Source: Nitrospirota bacterium
GTDB taxonomy: Bacteria > Nitrospirota > UBA9217
Assembly: GCA_963751455.1 (NCBI GenBank)
Contig: CAVVUN010000015.1
Span: 224,001 to 288,000 of the forward strand
Reading direction: 5' to 3'
Length of the DNA stretch: 64,000 nt
Below are positions 21,777 through 31,632 of the stretch, one piece after another. Below the pieces are notes generated by a model that worked only from the letters and a program-made list of their open reading frames with translations, was not told the DNA's origin and ran no database searches. Made by a program: the position numbers and the translations under genes. Every line of letters begins with the position of its first letter. Position 1 is the stretch's first letter.

Positions 21777-23399
21777 ATGCGGTTTTTTCATTACAGGTTT
21801 TTTCAAGGGGTTGCAGTGTTCCTGCGGGTGCTTCTGAGCTACAAGCTGCTGGGAATCCGGAACGCTTTTGCCCCGCCCCCGCTCCGGCAGGAACGCCTGA
21901 AAAGACTCCATGCTGCGAACGCGCGCATGCTGCGCGAACGCATGGTGGAGATGCGAGGTGTCCTTATCAAGATAGGGCAGTTCATGTCCTCCCGCGTCGA
22001 CGTTCTTCCCGAAGAATATACCGATGAACTCTCGAAGCTGCAGGACCAGGTCCCGCCGGCCCCCTTTTCCGACATTGTACGACGCGTGACCGACGAGCTC
22101 GGTCCCATCGACCAGGTCTTTTCATCCTTCGATGAGAAGCCTATTGCTTCGGCGTCCCTCGGACAGGTACACTATGCCTGCCTCAAAGACGGGGACTGCA
22201 TCGTCGTCAAGGTGCAGTATCCCGGGATCGAGGACGTGATCGCGGCGGACATGAAGACGCTCAAGTTCGTGATCCGCATCCTTCGCGTCCTGTACCCGCA
22301 GATAAACCTCGATGTTATCTATTCCGAGTTTTCCCGGATCGTGCAGGAGGAGCTGGACTATATTCATGAAGCGAAGAACGCGGAGACCTTCGCCCGGAAT
22401 TTCTCCAAGAACGAGCGGATCAAGATACCGATCGTCTACTGGCCGTTCACGACGTCAAAGGTGCTTACGCTCGAGTATCTCGAAGGAATCAAGATCACGG
22501 ACTTCGACGAGATCGACAGACAGGGGATCGATCGCAAAGAGATCGCCCGCATCCTGGCCGAGGCGTATGCACAGATGTTTTTTCTCGATGGCCTCTTCCA
22601 CGGCGATCCGCACCCCGGAAATCTTTTTGTGCGGCCCGGACCGGAAGTCATACTGGTGGACTTCGGCATGGTCGACCGCATCTCGTCGCTGCGGCGGGAA
22701 GCGCTGCGCCGGGGCTTTACGGCTGTCGTGGATCGCGACAGCCTCGGGCTCGTCCGGTCTCTCGTGGATATGGGTTTTATCCCGCTGACCAAGGACATCC
22801 AGCCTATCGTCCAGTTCGTGGAGCGCATCATCGAGAAATACCGGGACATGTCGCCGAGCGAGTTCAAGAGCATGGACATCAACGATATCGGCCGCGATAT
22901 ACAGGAGGCCCTGCAGCTCAATCCGGCAATCCAGATTCCGAACGATTTCATCCTTTTCGGAAGGGTGATCGGCATGCTGAACGGCCTGGGATTGCAGCTG
23001 GACTCAGAGACCAACATCATCGAGATCGCTGCGCCGTTTGCACGCCGGTTCATTCGGGCCGAAGAGTTCTCGGCCGGCCGCCTGCTGCAAAATGCCGGCA
23101 CATCGGCCCGTGCCGCCCTGAAATTGCCGCGGCAATTGAGCGATTTTCTGGTAACCACGAGCAGGGGCGAGACCCGCGTCGAGATTACGTCGCAGCATAT
23201 CGCAGACGAGTTGAGAAACATCTCCCGCATCGGAAAGGGCTTTATCTTCGCCGTTTTGAGCGCCGCGTTCGCTCTTGGATCGATCTTTCTGCATATCAAT
23301 CATTTTGATGCGGAAAGTTGGTGGGCAGCTGCTGCTGCAGCCGTATTTTTTCTCTGGGTGGTTCATGTTCTGAGGAAAACGCCCGGCCGTTCCGGCTAG
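21777..23399 (+). CDS. ABC1/UbiB (AarF) family atypical kinase
   Basis: IKIGQ, LQDQVPP, ASASLGQVH, VKVQYPG, FHGDPHPGN, VDFGMV. Confidence 0.93.
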   Translation: MRFFHYRFFQGVAVFLRVLLSYKLLGIRNAFAPPPLRQERLKRLHAANARMLRERMVEMRGVLIKIGQFMSSRVDVLPEEYTDELSKLQDQVPPAPFSDIVRRVTDELGPIDQVFSSFDEKPIASASLGQVHYACLKDGDCIVVKVQYPGIEDVIAADMKTLKFVIRILRVLYPQINLDVIYSEFSRIVQEELDYIHEAKNAETFARNFSKNERIKIPIVYWPFTTSKVLTLEYLEGIKITDFDEIDRQGIDRKEIARILAEAYAQMFFLDGLFHGDPHPGNLFVRPGPEVILVDFGMVDRISSLRREALRRGFTAVVDRDSLGLVRSLVDMGFIPLTKDIQPIVQFVERIIEKYRDMSPSEFKSMDINDIGRDIQEALQLNPAIQIPNDFILFGRVIGMLNGLGLQLDSETNIIEIAAPFARRFIRAEEFSAGRLLQNAGTSARAALKLPRQLSDFLVTTSRGETRVEITSQHIADELRNISRIGKGFIFAVLSAAFALGSIFLHINHFDAESWWAAAAAAVFFLWVVHVLRKTPGRSG

Positions 23400-23584
23400 A
23401 CCGCTCTTGCCGAAGCAGTTCTCCTTCTTTAATCCGATACAATTTTCCCCTCTTGCTGGTTATACCAGTTATCCTTTCATCACATTGACTCTGCCGCTCC
23501 TGCTGATAGACTTAAACAAGAAGCTTACAGTCCGCTCGGGCAGAGCAATCTCGGATAGATACACTGCTCTGATGGCGACCGCTC

Positions 23585-24676
23585 ATGACCGCTTTTATTC
23601 AAACGCTTTTCACCTGGCTGGAACTCGTATCGCTTGCTTTCTGCATAGCTGTCCTCGTATTCCGGATTCCCGGATTCATCCCGTTATCTCCGGTTCTTTC
23701 CGATCGTGATGATGTATTCACCCCGGGTTTGTGGCGTATATTCGGAACAGCAGTTGCCGCGATCATCGTGGTGAGCTGCAGCGAACTGCTGCTGCATGCA
23801 GGGGACATGAATGCGGGGCAGGGACGGTATTTTGTGACTCCGATTTCCCCTATCCTGCTTGGCACCGATTACCGCGCCGTATGGCTCATCCGGATCGCCG
23901 CTGCGCTCCTGTTGTTCATCGTCATAATTACGGACCGGAGGCAGAATGATTCCTCCGCCATGCGCTACTTTATGCTCGGTCTCAGCCTCGTCCTCGCCTG
24001 GACTCAAAGCTCTTCCGGCCATGATGCCGTTGAAGGGAATTTTACTTCGAAGAAAATCATAGACATGCTCCATCTCCTGGCCGCTTCTGTCTGGGGCGGA
24101 GGACTTCTCGTTCTGTCGGTTGTCGTCCTGCCGTCGCTCGTTAAAAGGGGCGACCTGGTAATGATGGCCCGGATCAGCCGAAGATTTTCGCGTGTATCGG
24201 GCCTCGCCATAATCCTCATTCTGGTGACGGCCGTCTTTCACCTCTGGCACTCGGTGGGAAGCCTTCAGGCTCTCTGGAAAACAAGCTATGGGCTGACAGT
24301 ATTTGCGAAAATCGGACTACTGTATTTTCTGATTCTTCTCTACGCATTCAACCGGTTCGTGAGCGTACCGGTCCTGGAACAATTGACAGGAGTGCAGGTG
24401 TACGGCCCCGGTGTGATCGGCCAATATGTTTCAACGGCATTCGACCGTTTTCGCGACTATCTGTCCGTGCACATCGCGTACGTGTTCGTCAAGGTTGTGC
24501 TTGCCGAGGCGGTGCTTATGATCGCGGTTTTTCTTTGCTCGGCACTGCTCCGGCATGAAACTCCCGCTGTTAAACTCGAGCGTCTGGAGCACCTTCAGAA
24601 TACTATCACCGCCGGTTACACTATTATGCTTGGGGACATCGCGGTGTCAAACGGGGACAAGCCGGAAAAGCTTTAA
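23585..24676 (+). CDS. CopD family copper-resistance membrane protein
   Basis: SSGH, DMLHLLAASVWGGGL, RRFSRV, TSYG..K motifs; multiple TM helices. Confidence 0.8.
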   Translation: MTAFIQTLFTWLELVSLAFCIAVLVFRIPGFIPLSPVLSDRDDVFTPGLWRIFGTAVAAIIVVSCSELLLHAGDMNAGQGRYFVTPISPILLGTDYRAVWLIRIAAALLLFIVIITDRRQNDSSAMRYFMLGLSLVLAWTQSSSGHDAVEGNFTSKKIIDMLHLLAASVWGGGLLVLSVVVLPSLVKRGDLVMMARISRRFSRVSGLAIILILVTAVFHLWHSVGSLQALWKTSYGLTVFAKIGLLYFLILLYAFNRFVSVPVLEQLTGVQVYGPGVIGQYVSTAFDRFRDYLSVHIAYVFVKVVLAEAVLMIAVFLCSALLRHETPAVKLERLEHLQNTITAGYTIMLGDIAVSNGDKPEKL

Positions 24677-24713
24677 CCACAGATTGATCAACTTCAGCGA
24701 CAGGAGGGATGAT

Positions 24714-25118
24714 ATGAAAGGATACGTGGTTGATATTGAAAAGGCGACAAAGCAAAACAATTACTTCCGGAAGGTGCTTTATACCGGGAAAAACAGCCAG
24801 CTCGTGCTGATGTCCCTGAAGCCCGGAGAAGACATCGGCGAGGAAGTACATCATCTCGACCAGTTTATCCGCATTGAAGAAGGAACAGGAAAGGCCGTTC
24901 TGGACGGGGTGGAGCATGCCATTGAAGATGATTACGCAGTAGTCATCCCGGCAGGCACAAAACACAATATCGTGAACAGTTCGAAGGATACGGAAATGAA
25001 GCTCTATTCCGTTTATTCACCGCCCGAACACAGGGACGGCGTGGTGCATAAAACGAAACCCGAAGCGATGGCCGACGATGAGGAGTTTGACGGCAACACT
25101 ACCGAAAAGGCGGCTTAA
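24714..25118 (+). CDS. Cupin-domain protein
   Basis: FRKVLYT, QLVLMSL, IGEEVH..DQF, IPAGTKHN, LYSVYSPPEH; AGGAGG RBS. Confidence 0.9.
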   Translation: MKGYVVDIEKATKQNNYFRKVLYTGKNSQLVLMSLKPGEDIGEEVHHLDQFIRIEEGTGKAVLDGVEHAIEDDYAVVIPAGTKHNIVNSSKDTEMKLYSVYSPPEHRDGVVHKTKPEAMADDEEFDGNTTEKAA

Positions 25119-25119
25119 C

Positions 25120-25805
25120 AAAAACAAAGGATCATGGACTTCATGCCAGGAAGTTCAGCCTGTATTCGTTTATGGCCGCGCTTTCGCTAGAGCAGGCTAC
25201 GTTGCGCACAATGCTTAGACTCGTTGTCGTACCATCTCGCTGAGAACCGCGAGACGGGAATCAAGGGCCTCATAACCACGCCCTGTACTCGCGCTGTGCA
25301 CTCGTGGCACTGGGTGCAGGCTGGCCGCAGGCACGATCTTTTTCTGCACCGCCCATAGAATTATCTTTGCCTGCACCCGGTCGGTTACGACTGCGGCAGC
25401 GGGGAGTGACGGGTGTCCACTAGCCCCTCTCCTTCCGGGAGAGGGACCGGGTGAGGGGCTACATCTGCAGCACCGCGCAGACATGACAGGATGTTTTCAG
25501 TTTTACCTGTCAGCCGCCCATTGCGCTGAGTATCGCTGCGCTTCGCACGCGCATGCACGATTTCTGATTTACCGACTCTGCTACCGGTCCTGTAAAGCGC
25601 GGACGACTTGCACCCAACGATTTCGAGCCTGCACCCGGTTATTACGAGTGGTACCGCGAGTATGGGGTGTGCGCAAGCGCGAGAGTAGGGGTGCTCGCGG
25701 GATGCAGGGTGGCATGGGAAAGCATGACAGAGGCGGCCAAGCGATGAGCTGCCCAAAAAAACAAAAGACCATGAACGGCCTGGCATGAAGTTTAAATCTT
25801 TTTAC
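25120..25805 (+). repeat. Mosaic modular repeat, copy 6 (longest; X, Y, several Z, W and the CCCTCTCC palindrome)
   Basis: Contains the modules found in the other copies. Confidence 0.92.
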
Positions 25806-25823
25806 GGTCTGCATTAGACAAAT

Positions 25824-25856
25824 AAAAAAGGGCTGCGGGAACTCCCGCAGCCCTTT
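25824..25856. terminator. Intrinsic terminator after the 25881-27668 gene
   Basis: AAAAAAGGGCTGCGGG-aact-CCCGCAGCCCTTT. Confidence 0.85.
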
Positions 25857-25880
25857 CTGGTTCAGGTTTTCGAAATAATA

Positions 25881-27668
25881 TCACTCCGCTCTTACCAGGT
25901 CCTCGAACCTGATGTCAACCCCGAATACGCCTATTATCTCCTCGCCTCCCGAAACGATGGGCGCAGAGACGGTTATGCAGAGAGCACCGGTAATTTTCGA
26001 AGTATAAAAATCGGACACGAAGCTCTTTCCCGTTTTCATCGGATTGATGAACCAGGGCCGGTCCGAGAAGTTGTCGCCGAGGCCAGAATGCTCGTACTTG
26101 GCTTTGTTTTCTATGTCTGTGACGTTCTTCGTGATCTTTCTCCCTTCGGGATTGACCACGTACGCGAACTGGATGTAGGGGTCCTCCCGCTGGAGTTTTT
26201 CCATGACCGTTTCCTGGACTGCTGAATCCATCGAGCGCATTTCGGCTTTCGCGACGAAGTCTTCCACGATGTGGCGGGCAAGTTCGGACGCCTTTTTTTT
26301 CAGCCGGTCGAGGTCTGACATGAAGTATTCAGGCAGATACTTTTTTGCCCGCTCGAGCAGCTCGTCGTGCGACATGCTGGTCGTTCGACCCTGCTCGTAC
26401 AGTTCCATGACCCATTTATTTATTTTCGCAAGCCCGGGGTGCCGTTTGTCGATCTTTCTATCGGAGTCGAGATGCAGGTGACTGTTTACCCAGTGCGCGA
26501 TACCCGCTACACCGGACTTGTCGGTGATGATTACGCCCATCGGCCGCTTCAGGATCTTCGAGGTATCGAAGATATTGTAGATCTCCTCATTCTTCATCAT
26601 GCCGTCGGCGTGGATGCCCGCGCTCGTTGAGTTGAACTCCGAGCCCACAAAGGGGTAGTTCGAGGGGATCGGAAACATCATTTCCTTCCGGAAATACTCC
26701 GCCATCTCGGTGATGGCAGTTGTATCGATCCCTGCGTCGTCTCCCATCAGACTGATATAATCGATCAGCATTGCCTCGACCGGGGTGTTTCCAGTCCGCT
26801 CCCCGAAGCCGAGCAGGGCGCCGTTTACGGCCGAGCAGCCGTACAGCCAGGCAGCCACACCGTTGATGAGACCCTTGTGGAAGTCATTATGACCATGCCA
26901 CTCCAACTGCTCGGACGGCACGCCGCCGTCGTGAATGAGCGAGTAAAAAATTTCGGGAACCCCGCGCGGCAGCGCTGTGCCGGGGAAGGGGAACCCGTAC
27001 CCCATTGTGTCGCAGGCCCTGATCTTGACCGGAATTTTCGCGGCCTCAGAGAGCTTCATCAATTCCTGGGCAAACGGTACCACAAAGCCGTAGAAATCTG
27101 CGCGGGTAATGTCCTCCAGGTGGCAGCGGGGAATGATGCCTTGATCAAGCGAAGTCCGGACGATGTCCAGGTACGCCTTCAACGCGTCTTTCCGGCTCAT
27201 GTTGAGCTTCAGGAATATATGATAATCGGAGCACGAGGTGAGGATGCCGGTTTCCTTGAGGCCGATTTCTTTCACGAGTTTGAAGTCGTTCTTGTTGGCC
27301 CGGATCCAGCCCGTAATTTCGGGATATTGATAGCCGCGCTCGATGCAGAGCCGGACTGCCTCGCGGTCCTTCTCCGAATACAGAAAGAACTCGGTCTGGC
27401 GGATTACGCCATTCGGTCCGCTCATGCGATGAAGGAAGTCGAAGATGTCGGAAATTTGTTTCGGAGTGTACGGCGGCCGTGACTGCTGTCCGTCCCGAAA
27501 CGTGGTGTCCGTAATCCAGATGTCCTGCGGGATGTTCGTCTGGATAAGCCGCTCTTCAAGCACCACGCGGGGAATACTTGAGTAGGGGAAGCTGTCGCGG
27601 TACAGGACAGGCTCTTTTACGTCCTTGAGTTCGAAGGGTGTTTTTGTTGTCTTTTTTCGGATGGGCAC
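25881..27668 (-). CDS. DRE-TIM metallolyase, Re-citrate synthase-like, with C-terminal Cache/PDC domain
   Basis: ITDTTFRDGQQ, WHGHND, GERTGN, AGIHADG; C-terminal DRPWF..SDFYTSKITGALCITVSAPI..GVFGVD. Confidence 0.85.
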   Translation of the reverse strand: MPIRKKTTKTPFELKDVKEPVLYRDSFPYSSIPRVVLEERLIQTNIPQDIWITDTTFRDGQQSRPPYTPKQISDIFDFLHRMSGPNGVIRQTEFFLYSEKDREAVRLCIERGYQYPEITGWIRANKNDFKLVKEIGLKETGILTSCSDYHIFLKLNMSRKDALKAYLDIVRTSLDQGIIPRCHLEDITRADFYGFVVPFAQELMKLSEAAKIPVKIRACDTMGYGFPFPGTALPRGVPEIFYSLIHDGGVPSEQLEWHGHNDFHKGLINGVAAWLYGCSAVNGALLGFGERTGNTPVEAMLIDYISLMGDDAGIDTTAITEMAEYFRKEMMFPIPSNYPFVGSEFNSTSAGIHADGMMKNEEIYNIFDTSKILKRPMGVIITDKSGVAGIAHWVNSHLHLDSDRKIDKRHPGLAKINKWVMELYEQGRTTSMSHDELLERAKKYLPEYFMSDLDRLKKKASELARHIVEDFVAKAEMRSMDSAVQETVMEKLQREDPYIQFAYVVNPEGRKITKNVTDIENKAKYEHSGLGDNFSDRPWFINPMKTGKSFVSDFYTSKITGALCITVSAPIVSGGEEIIGVFGVDIRFEDLVRAE

Positions 27669-27779
27669 AACAACCTCCAGAGACGAAATAATTTATTGTA
27701 AATTGTAAAGTTCAAATTTTAAATTGCAAAAATGACGGCTCAAGATCAAATGATATTCACTTTGCATCTTACAATGCCA

Positions 27780-28436
27780 TTACGCTCCTCTGATTGCCCG
27801 GATCGCCCCTGCATAATCTTTTTGACCGAAGATCGCAGAACCGGCTACCAGTACATCGGCGCCCGCGCGAATTATCTTTGCAGCATTTTCCGGCTTTACT
27901 CCACCGTCAACCTCAATCTCGGTTTTGAGGGCCAAATCATTAATCCGCTTCCGAAGCGCTGTGATCTTGTCCAGGGCCGAATGGATAAACGCCTGGCCCC
28001 CGAAGCCCGGGTTCACAGACATGATCAGCACTATGTCCACGTCCTGAAGGACATAATCGAGGCTTGAGAGCGGCGTTGCCGGGTTGAGTGAAACGCCTGC
28101 TTTCACTTTCTGCTCTTTGATGGACTGAACCAGCCGGTTCAAGTGAAATCCTGTTTCCACGTGGACTGTGATCGAGTCAGCCCCGGCTTTTGCAAAATCG
28201 GCCACGTAAAGCTCCGGGTTCGTGATCATCAGATGGACGTCGAGCGGCAGCTTCGTTGACCGGCGGGCAGCTTCCACGATAAGGGGGCCGATGGTTATGT
28301 TCGGAACAAAATGACCGTCCATGACGTCAATGTGAATTATGTCGGCGCCCGCCGCCTCTACCGACCTGATTTCCTCGCCCAGACGGGAGAAGTCGGCCGA
28401 GAGAATGGAAGGAGCTATCTTGATTTTTATCGTCAT
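27780..28436 (-). CDS. rpe: Ribulose-phosphate 3-epimerase
   Basis: [36 protein letters not shown]. Confidence 0.97.
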   Translation of the reverse strand: MTIKIKIAPSILSADFSRLGEEIRSVEAAGADIIHIDVMDGHFVPNITIGPLIVEAARRSTKLPLDVHLMITNPELYVADFAKAGADSITVHVETGFHLNRLVQSIKEQKVKAGVSLNPATPLSSLDYVLQDVDIVLIMSVNPGFGGQAFIHSALDKITALRKRINDLALKTEIEVDGGVKPENAAKIIRAGADVLVAGSAIFGQKDYAGAIRAIRGA

Positions 28437-28463
28437 AGTTTCCTCGGGGAAGAATGCACTTTT

Positions 28464-28531
28464 GTCATTCCGAGCGGAGCGAGGAATCTCGCTTTCGCAT
28501 GTAATAGACCCTTCGCTTCGCTCAGGGTGAC
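28464..28531. repeat. REP-like palindromic element
   Basis: GTCATTCCGAGCGGAGCGAGGAATCT ... AGACCCTTCGCTTCGCTCAGGGTGAC imperfect inverted repeat. Confidence 0.8.
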
Positions 28532-28580
28532 GGGTTCTAAGCCATGAACCCGTCAATTTGCATTTTACATTTGAAATAAA

Positions 28581-29294
28581 TTATTTATTTACGACGATCT
28601 CCACGCTGCTGTCCGTTGCCACGGGCGAACCGGTCGCCGGCTTCTGATTGATGACCGCCCGCTCCCGCTCCGGCTTGCCTCCGGGGCCGGCATAGGCCAG
28701 CCGGTGACGGAGGCCCATCCTTTCCAAGATCTTTACGGCCTGTTCCGGCTTTTTCCCGACCAGGTCAGGCATGACCATGAGTGCCGTTTTTCTGCCGGAG
28801 CTGACCAGCAGGCTTATCCTGCCTCCCCTGTCGAGCGGGGTGTCCGGCGGCGGAGATTGTGCGATCACAACGTCGCGGTCCACGCTGTCGGAGGATATTC
28901 TGGCGAACGCGGCAGGCAAAAATCCGGCCTGCCGGATCACGGCGTCCGCTTTGCGATACAGCTGTCCCGCAAGCTTCGGCGCCAGCAGATCGCTCGGCCC
29001 CTGGCTCAAGACGATGCGGACCTGGCGGCCTTTTTTTATGCCGGTTCCTGGAGGAGGCGACTGGGAGATAACAACGTCGCGGGGAAGCGCGGGGCTCGGT
29101 TCCCGCCGGTCAACCTTGAGTTGAAGGCCCTGCTGCCTCACGATTTCGATCACGGTGACTATGTCCTGCCCGATGAGATCGGGGGTGCGCACCTCTTCCT
29201 GCTGCAGCAGCAGCGCTACTACTGCGAAAGCGCTGATGATGCCGACGCCGCCCAGAGCGAAGAATATTCCCAAACCTCTTAAAAAACGTTTCAT
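28581..29294 (-). CDS. PASTA-domain membrane protein (three PASTA repeats)
   Basis: N-terminal TM; three PDLxG..VIxQxP units. Confidence 0.88.
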   Translation of the reverse strand: MKRFLRGLGIFFALGGVGIISAFAVVALLLQQEEVRTPDLIGQDIVTVIEIVRQQGLQLKVDRREPSPALPRDVVISQSPPPGTGIKKGRQVRIVLSQGPSDLLAPKLAGQLYRKADAVIRQAGFLPAAFARISSDSVDRDVVIAQSPPPDTPLDRGGRISLLVSSGRKTALMVMPDLVGKKPEQAVKILERMGLRHRLAYAGPGGKPERERAVINQKPATGSPVATDSSVEIVVNK

Positions 29295-29433
29295 GATACA
29301 GGGACCTATTGTACAGGCAATTTGTTGAAGAATCAAGAATAAGATAAGTGAGTGTAATTTCAGGATGCAGGATGCACGAGGCACGATAAATGAGTAATAA
29401 TATCCAGACTGAGCCTGCATCCTGGATCGTGGA

Positions 29434-30759
29434 TCATTTGTTTTTTATCAGCCTTACCGCAAAAAACCCGTCCATGACCGGTTCTTTCGGGAAGGTGCGA
29501 AAAAATCCCTGGCTATCGACGAGCGAAGCTGCTTCACGCGGAAGAAACGGCCTCGAATCATCGATCCGGAAGGCCTCCGGCCGGTCAAGGAAAGAGAATA
29601 TTACGTCTTCATTTTCTTCAGGTTCCGTGGTGCAAGTCGCGTAGACCAGGGCGCCACCCGGTTTCAGCAGCGAGGCGCAATTACCGAGTATTCTTGCCTG
29701 GAGCTGAGCGCGCTCCCTGATGACCTGCTCGGATTTGTTCCAGCGTCCGTCGGGATGTCTTCTCAGCACTCCCAGTCCTGAGCAGGGCGCATCGATCAGT
29801 ATTTTATCGAACAAGCCGCCTTCCCTGTATCGAGCAGCATCTCCCCTCACCGTCGTGATTATGGTAACGCCCAGTCTCGCGCTGTTTTCGTTGATTTTGG
29901 CGATGCGATCGGCTTCAATGTCGAGGGCCGTGACGCTGCCTTTATTCTCCATAAGCTCGGCCAGGTGGGTTGCTTTGCCGCCGGGCGCCGAGCACGCATC
30001 CAGGACCTTTTCGCCGGGGTGAGGATCGAGTATCAGGCTGACGAGTTGGGCGGCCTGGTCCTGCACCATGAACAGTCCATTCTGATATGATCCAAGCGAG
30101 CGCAAGCCGGATGAAGAAAGAATGTCGATGCCGGATTCGGACCATCGTGTCTCAACCGCTTCCGACCCTTCGGACCGCAGCTTGCTCAACAGATCCTGCC
30201 TTGTGGTCCTGAGCGTATTTGTCCTGACCGTGAGAGGCGCAGGTTCGTTATTCCCCCGAAGAATTATTTCCGCTGTTTTCAGGCCGAGCCGGGCGGTCCA
30301 GCGCCGTACCAGCCACGCGGGATGGGAATAGAGAATGGAAAGGTTCTCGACGGGGTCTTCTGAAATCGTCGAGGGCAGGGAAACGCGCTTCCGGTCAAGG
30401 TTCCTGAGCAGGCCGTTGACGAAGCCGCTTTTCTTCCCATGCTCCTTGGCCAACTCGGCTGCCGTGTTCACCGCTGCGCTGACGGGCACCTTGTCCAGGA
30501 AGAGCATCTGGTAGGCGGCGAGGCGCAGAACGTTTCTGGTCCACCCATCGGTCTGAGAAATAGGCTGGGCTGAAAAGCGATTGAGGGTCCAATCGAGACG
30601 GGCGCGGTTCCTGAGGACCCCGTAGACGATTTCCGTAACAAAGGCCCTGTCGCGAGGGTCAAATTTCTGCCTTGCCTCATCAAGCAGCATGTCCGCAAAG
30701 GCGCCTTCCTCTGCCCGTTTGAGAATCTGGAGCGCCTTTTCGCGTGGTTTATCTTTCAT
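29434..30759 (-). CDS. rsmB: 16S rRNA m5C967 methyltransferase
   Basis: NusB-like N-terminus; QD, LDACSAPGGK, DAPCSGLG, YATCT. Confidence 0.95.
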   Translation of the reverse strand: MKDKPREKALQILKRAEEGAFADMLLDEARQKFDPRDRAFVTEIVYGVLRNRARLDWTLNRFSAQPISQTDGWTRNVLRLAAYQMLFLDKVPVSAAVNTAAELAKEHGKKSGFVNGLLRNLDRKRVSLPSTISEDPVENLSILYSHPAWLVRRWTARLGLKTAEIILRGNNEPAPLTVRTNTLRTTRQDLLSKLRSEGSEAVETRWSESGIDILSSSGLRSLGSYQNGLFMVQDQAAQLVSLILDPHPGEKVLDACSAPGGKATHLAELMENKGSVTALDIEADRIAKINENSARLGVTIITTVRGDAARYREGGLFDKILIDAPCSGLGVLRRHPDGRWNKSEQVIRERAQLQARILGNCASLLKPGGALVYATCTTEPEENEDVIFSFLDRPEAFRIDDSRPFLPREAASLVDSQGFFRTFPKEPVMDGFFAVRLIKNK

Positions 30760-30820
30760 GGGTTCAGGAACGAAGAAATAAACTGCCGGTTGAGAGAAGC
30801 AATCGTGAACATCATTGCGG

Positions 30821-31594
30821 CTAATCGTCTTGGGAGCGAGGGTGACCGTTCGCGAGAAAGTCGAGCGCATCGGACACCTTCCCGATGTCCACGCTTGTAT
30901 TGAAGCACGGCCCATACGGCCGTTCGTTCAGAATGCCGATGACCGGCAGGGGGTAGGCGTCCTGGATGCCGCTCGTCAGGTCCCGTTCACAGGCTACCGC
31001 GATGATCGCCTGCGGTTTCGCCTCGGCAACTCGCCGGCGGGCGAGGGTCCCGCCGGTTGCGACCGAGAGATGCACATCGTGTTTTTTCGCCAGCATCACC
31101 AGATCCTTGATTTTGCATTTGCCGCACGCCTGGCATTTGTACGCGTCCGTCGTGATCTTTATAGCGCAGTCGTTGAGCTGGAGGCAATGCGGCATGAGAA
31201 GCAGCACGCGCTTCGGTTTTATGTCGCGGCATTTCGCCTTGACCAGGAGATTGTTCACCTCGACAAAGGACTGCTGTATTTTTTCCTTGGAAATGCCCAG
31301 GAGTTTGCCCACCCCGATCATAATCGGAAAGAGAACCTCGATGACGACGCCCCGCAGACGAGACGCAAGAAAAATTTCCCTGCCCCTGATGAGGGTCAGG
31401 ATCAGCAGTCCCACGCCCAGGATGAGAACGCCGAGGACCGCGCCCATGGTATAGCAGACAAGCCGGGGAGCAAGCGGGTGGATATTCTTCAGCCCGATGT
31501 AGGGTATGAGGTAGAGCCCTACGGTGATCGCCGTGATTAGAAACACGGTAAATACGATCAGGCCGATGAATATGCGTTTTTTGGGTTCAGACAT
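30821..31594 (-). CDS. DUF116 domain protein
   Basis: LLLMPHCLQ, CQACGKC, VATGGTLAR, AVACERDL, GPCFNT; lies between fmt and rsmB. Confidence 0.88.
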   Translation of the reverse strand: MSEPKKRIFIGLIVFTVFLITAITVGLYLIPYIGLKNIHPLAPRLVCYTMGAVLGVLILGVGLLILTLIRGREIFLASRLRGVVIEVLFPIMIGVGKLLGISKEKIQQSFVEVNNLLVKAKCRDIKPKRVLLLMPHCLQLNDCAIKITTDAYKCQACGKCKIKDLVMLAKKHDVHLSVATGGTLARRRVAEAKPQAIIAVACERDLTSGIQDAYPLPVIGILNERPYGPCFNTSVDIGKVSDALDFLANGHPRSQDD

Positions 31595-31632
31595 TTGATT
31601 AAAGGATTAGTGCAAACGTCAAATTGCAAATT

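Noticed and set aside
25215-25814. ORFs within the mosaic repeats (also 5571, 10585, 15111, 21177, 44084)
   Set aside because: Similar peptides recur only because the DNA repeat recurs; module indels break the frames
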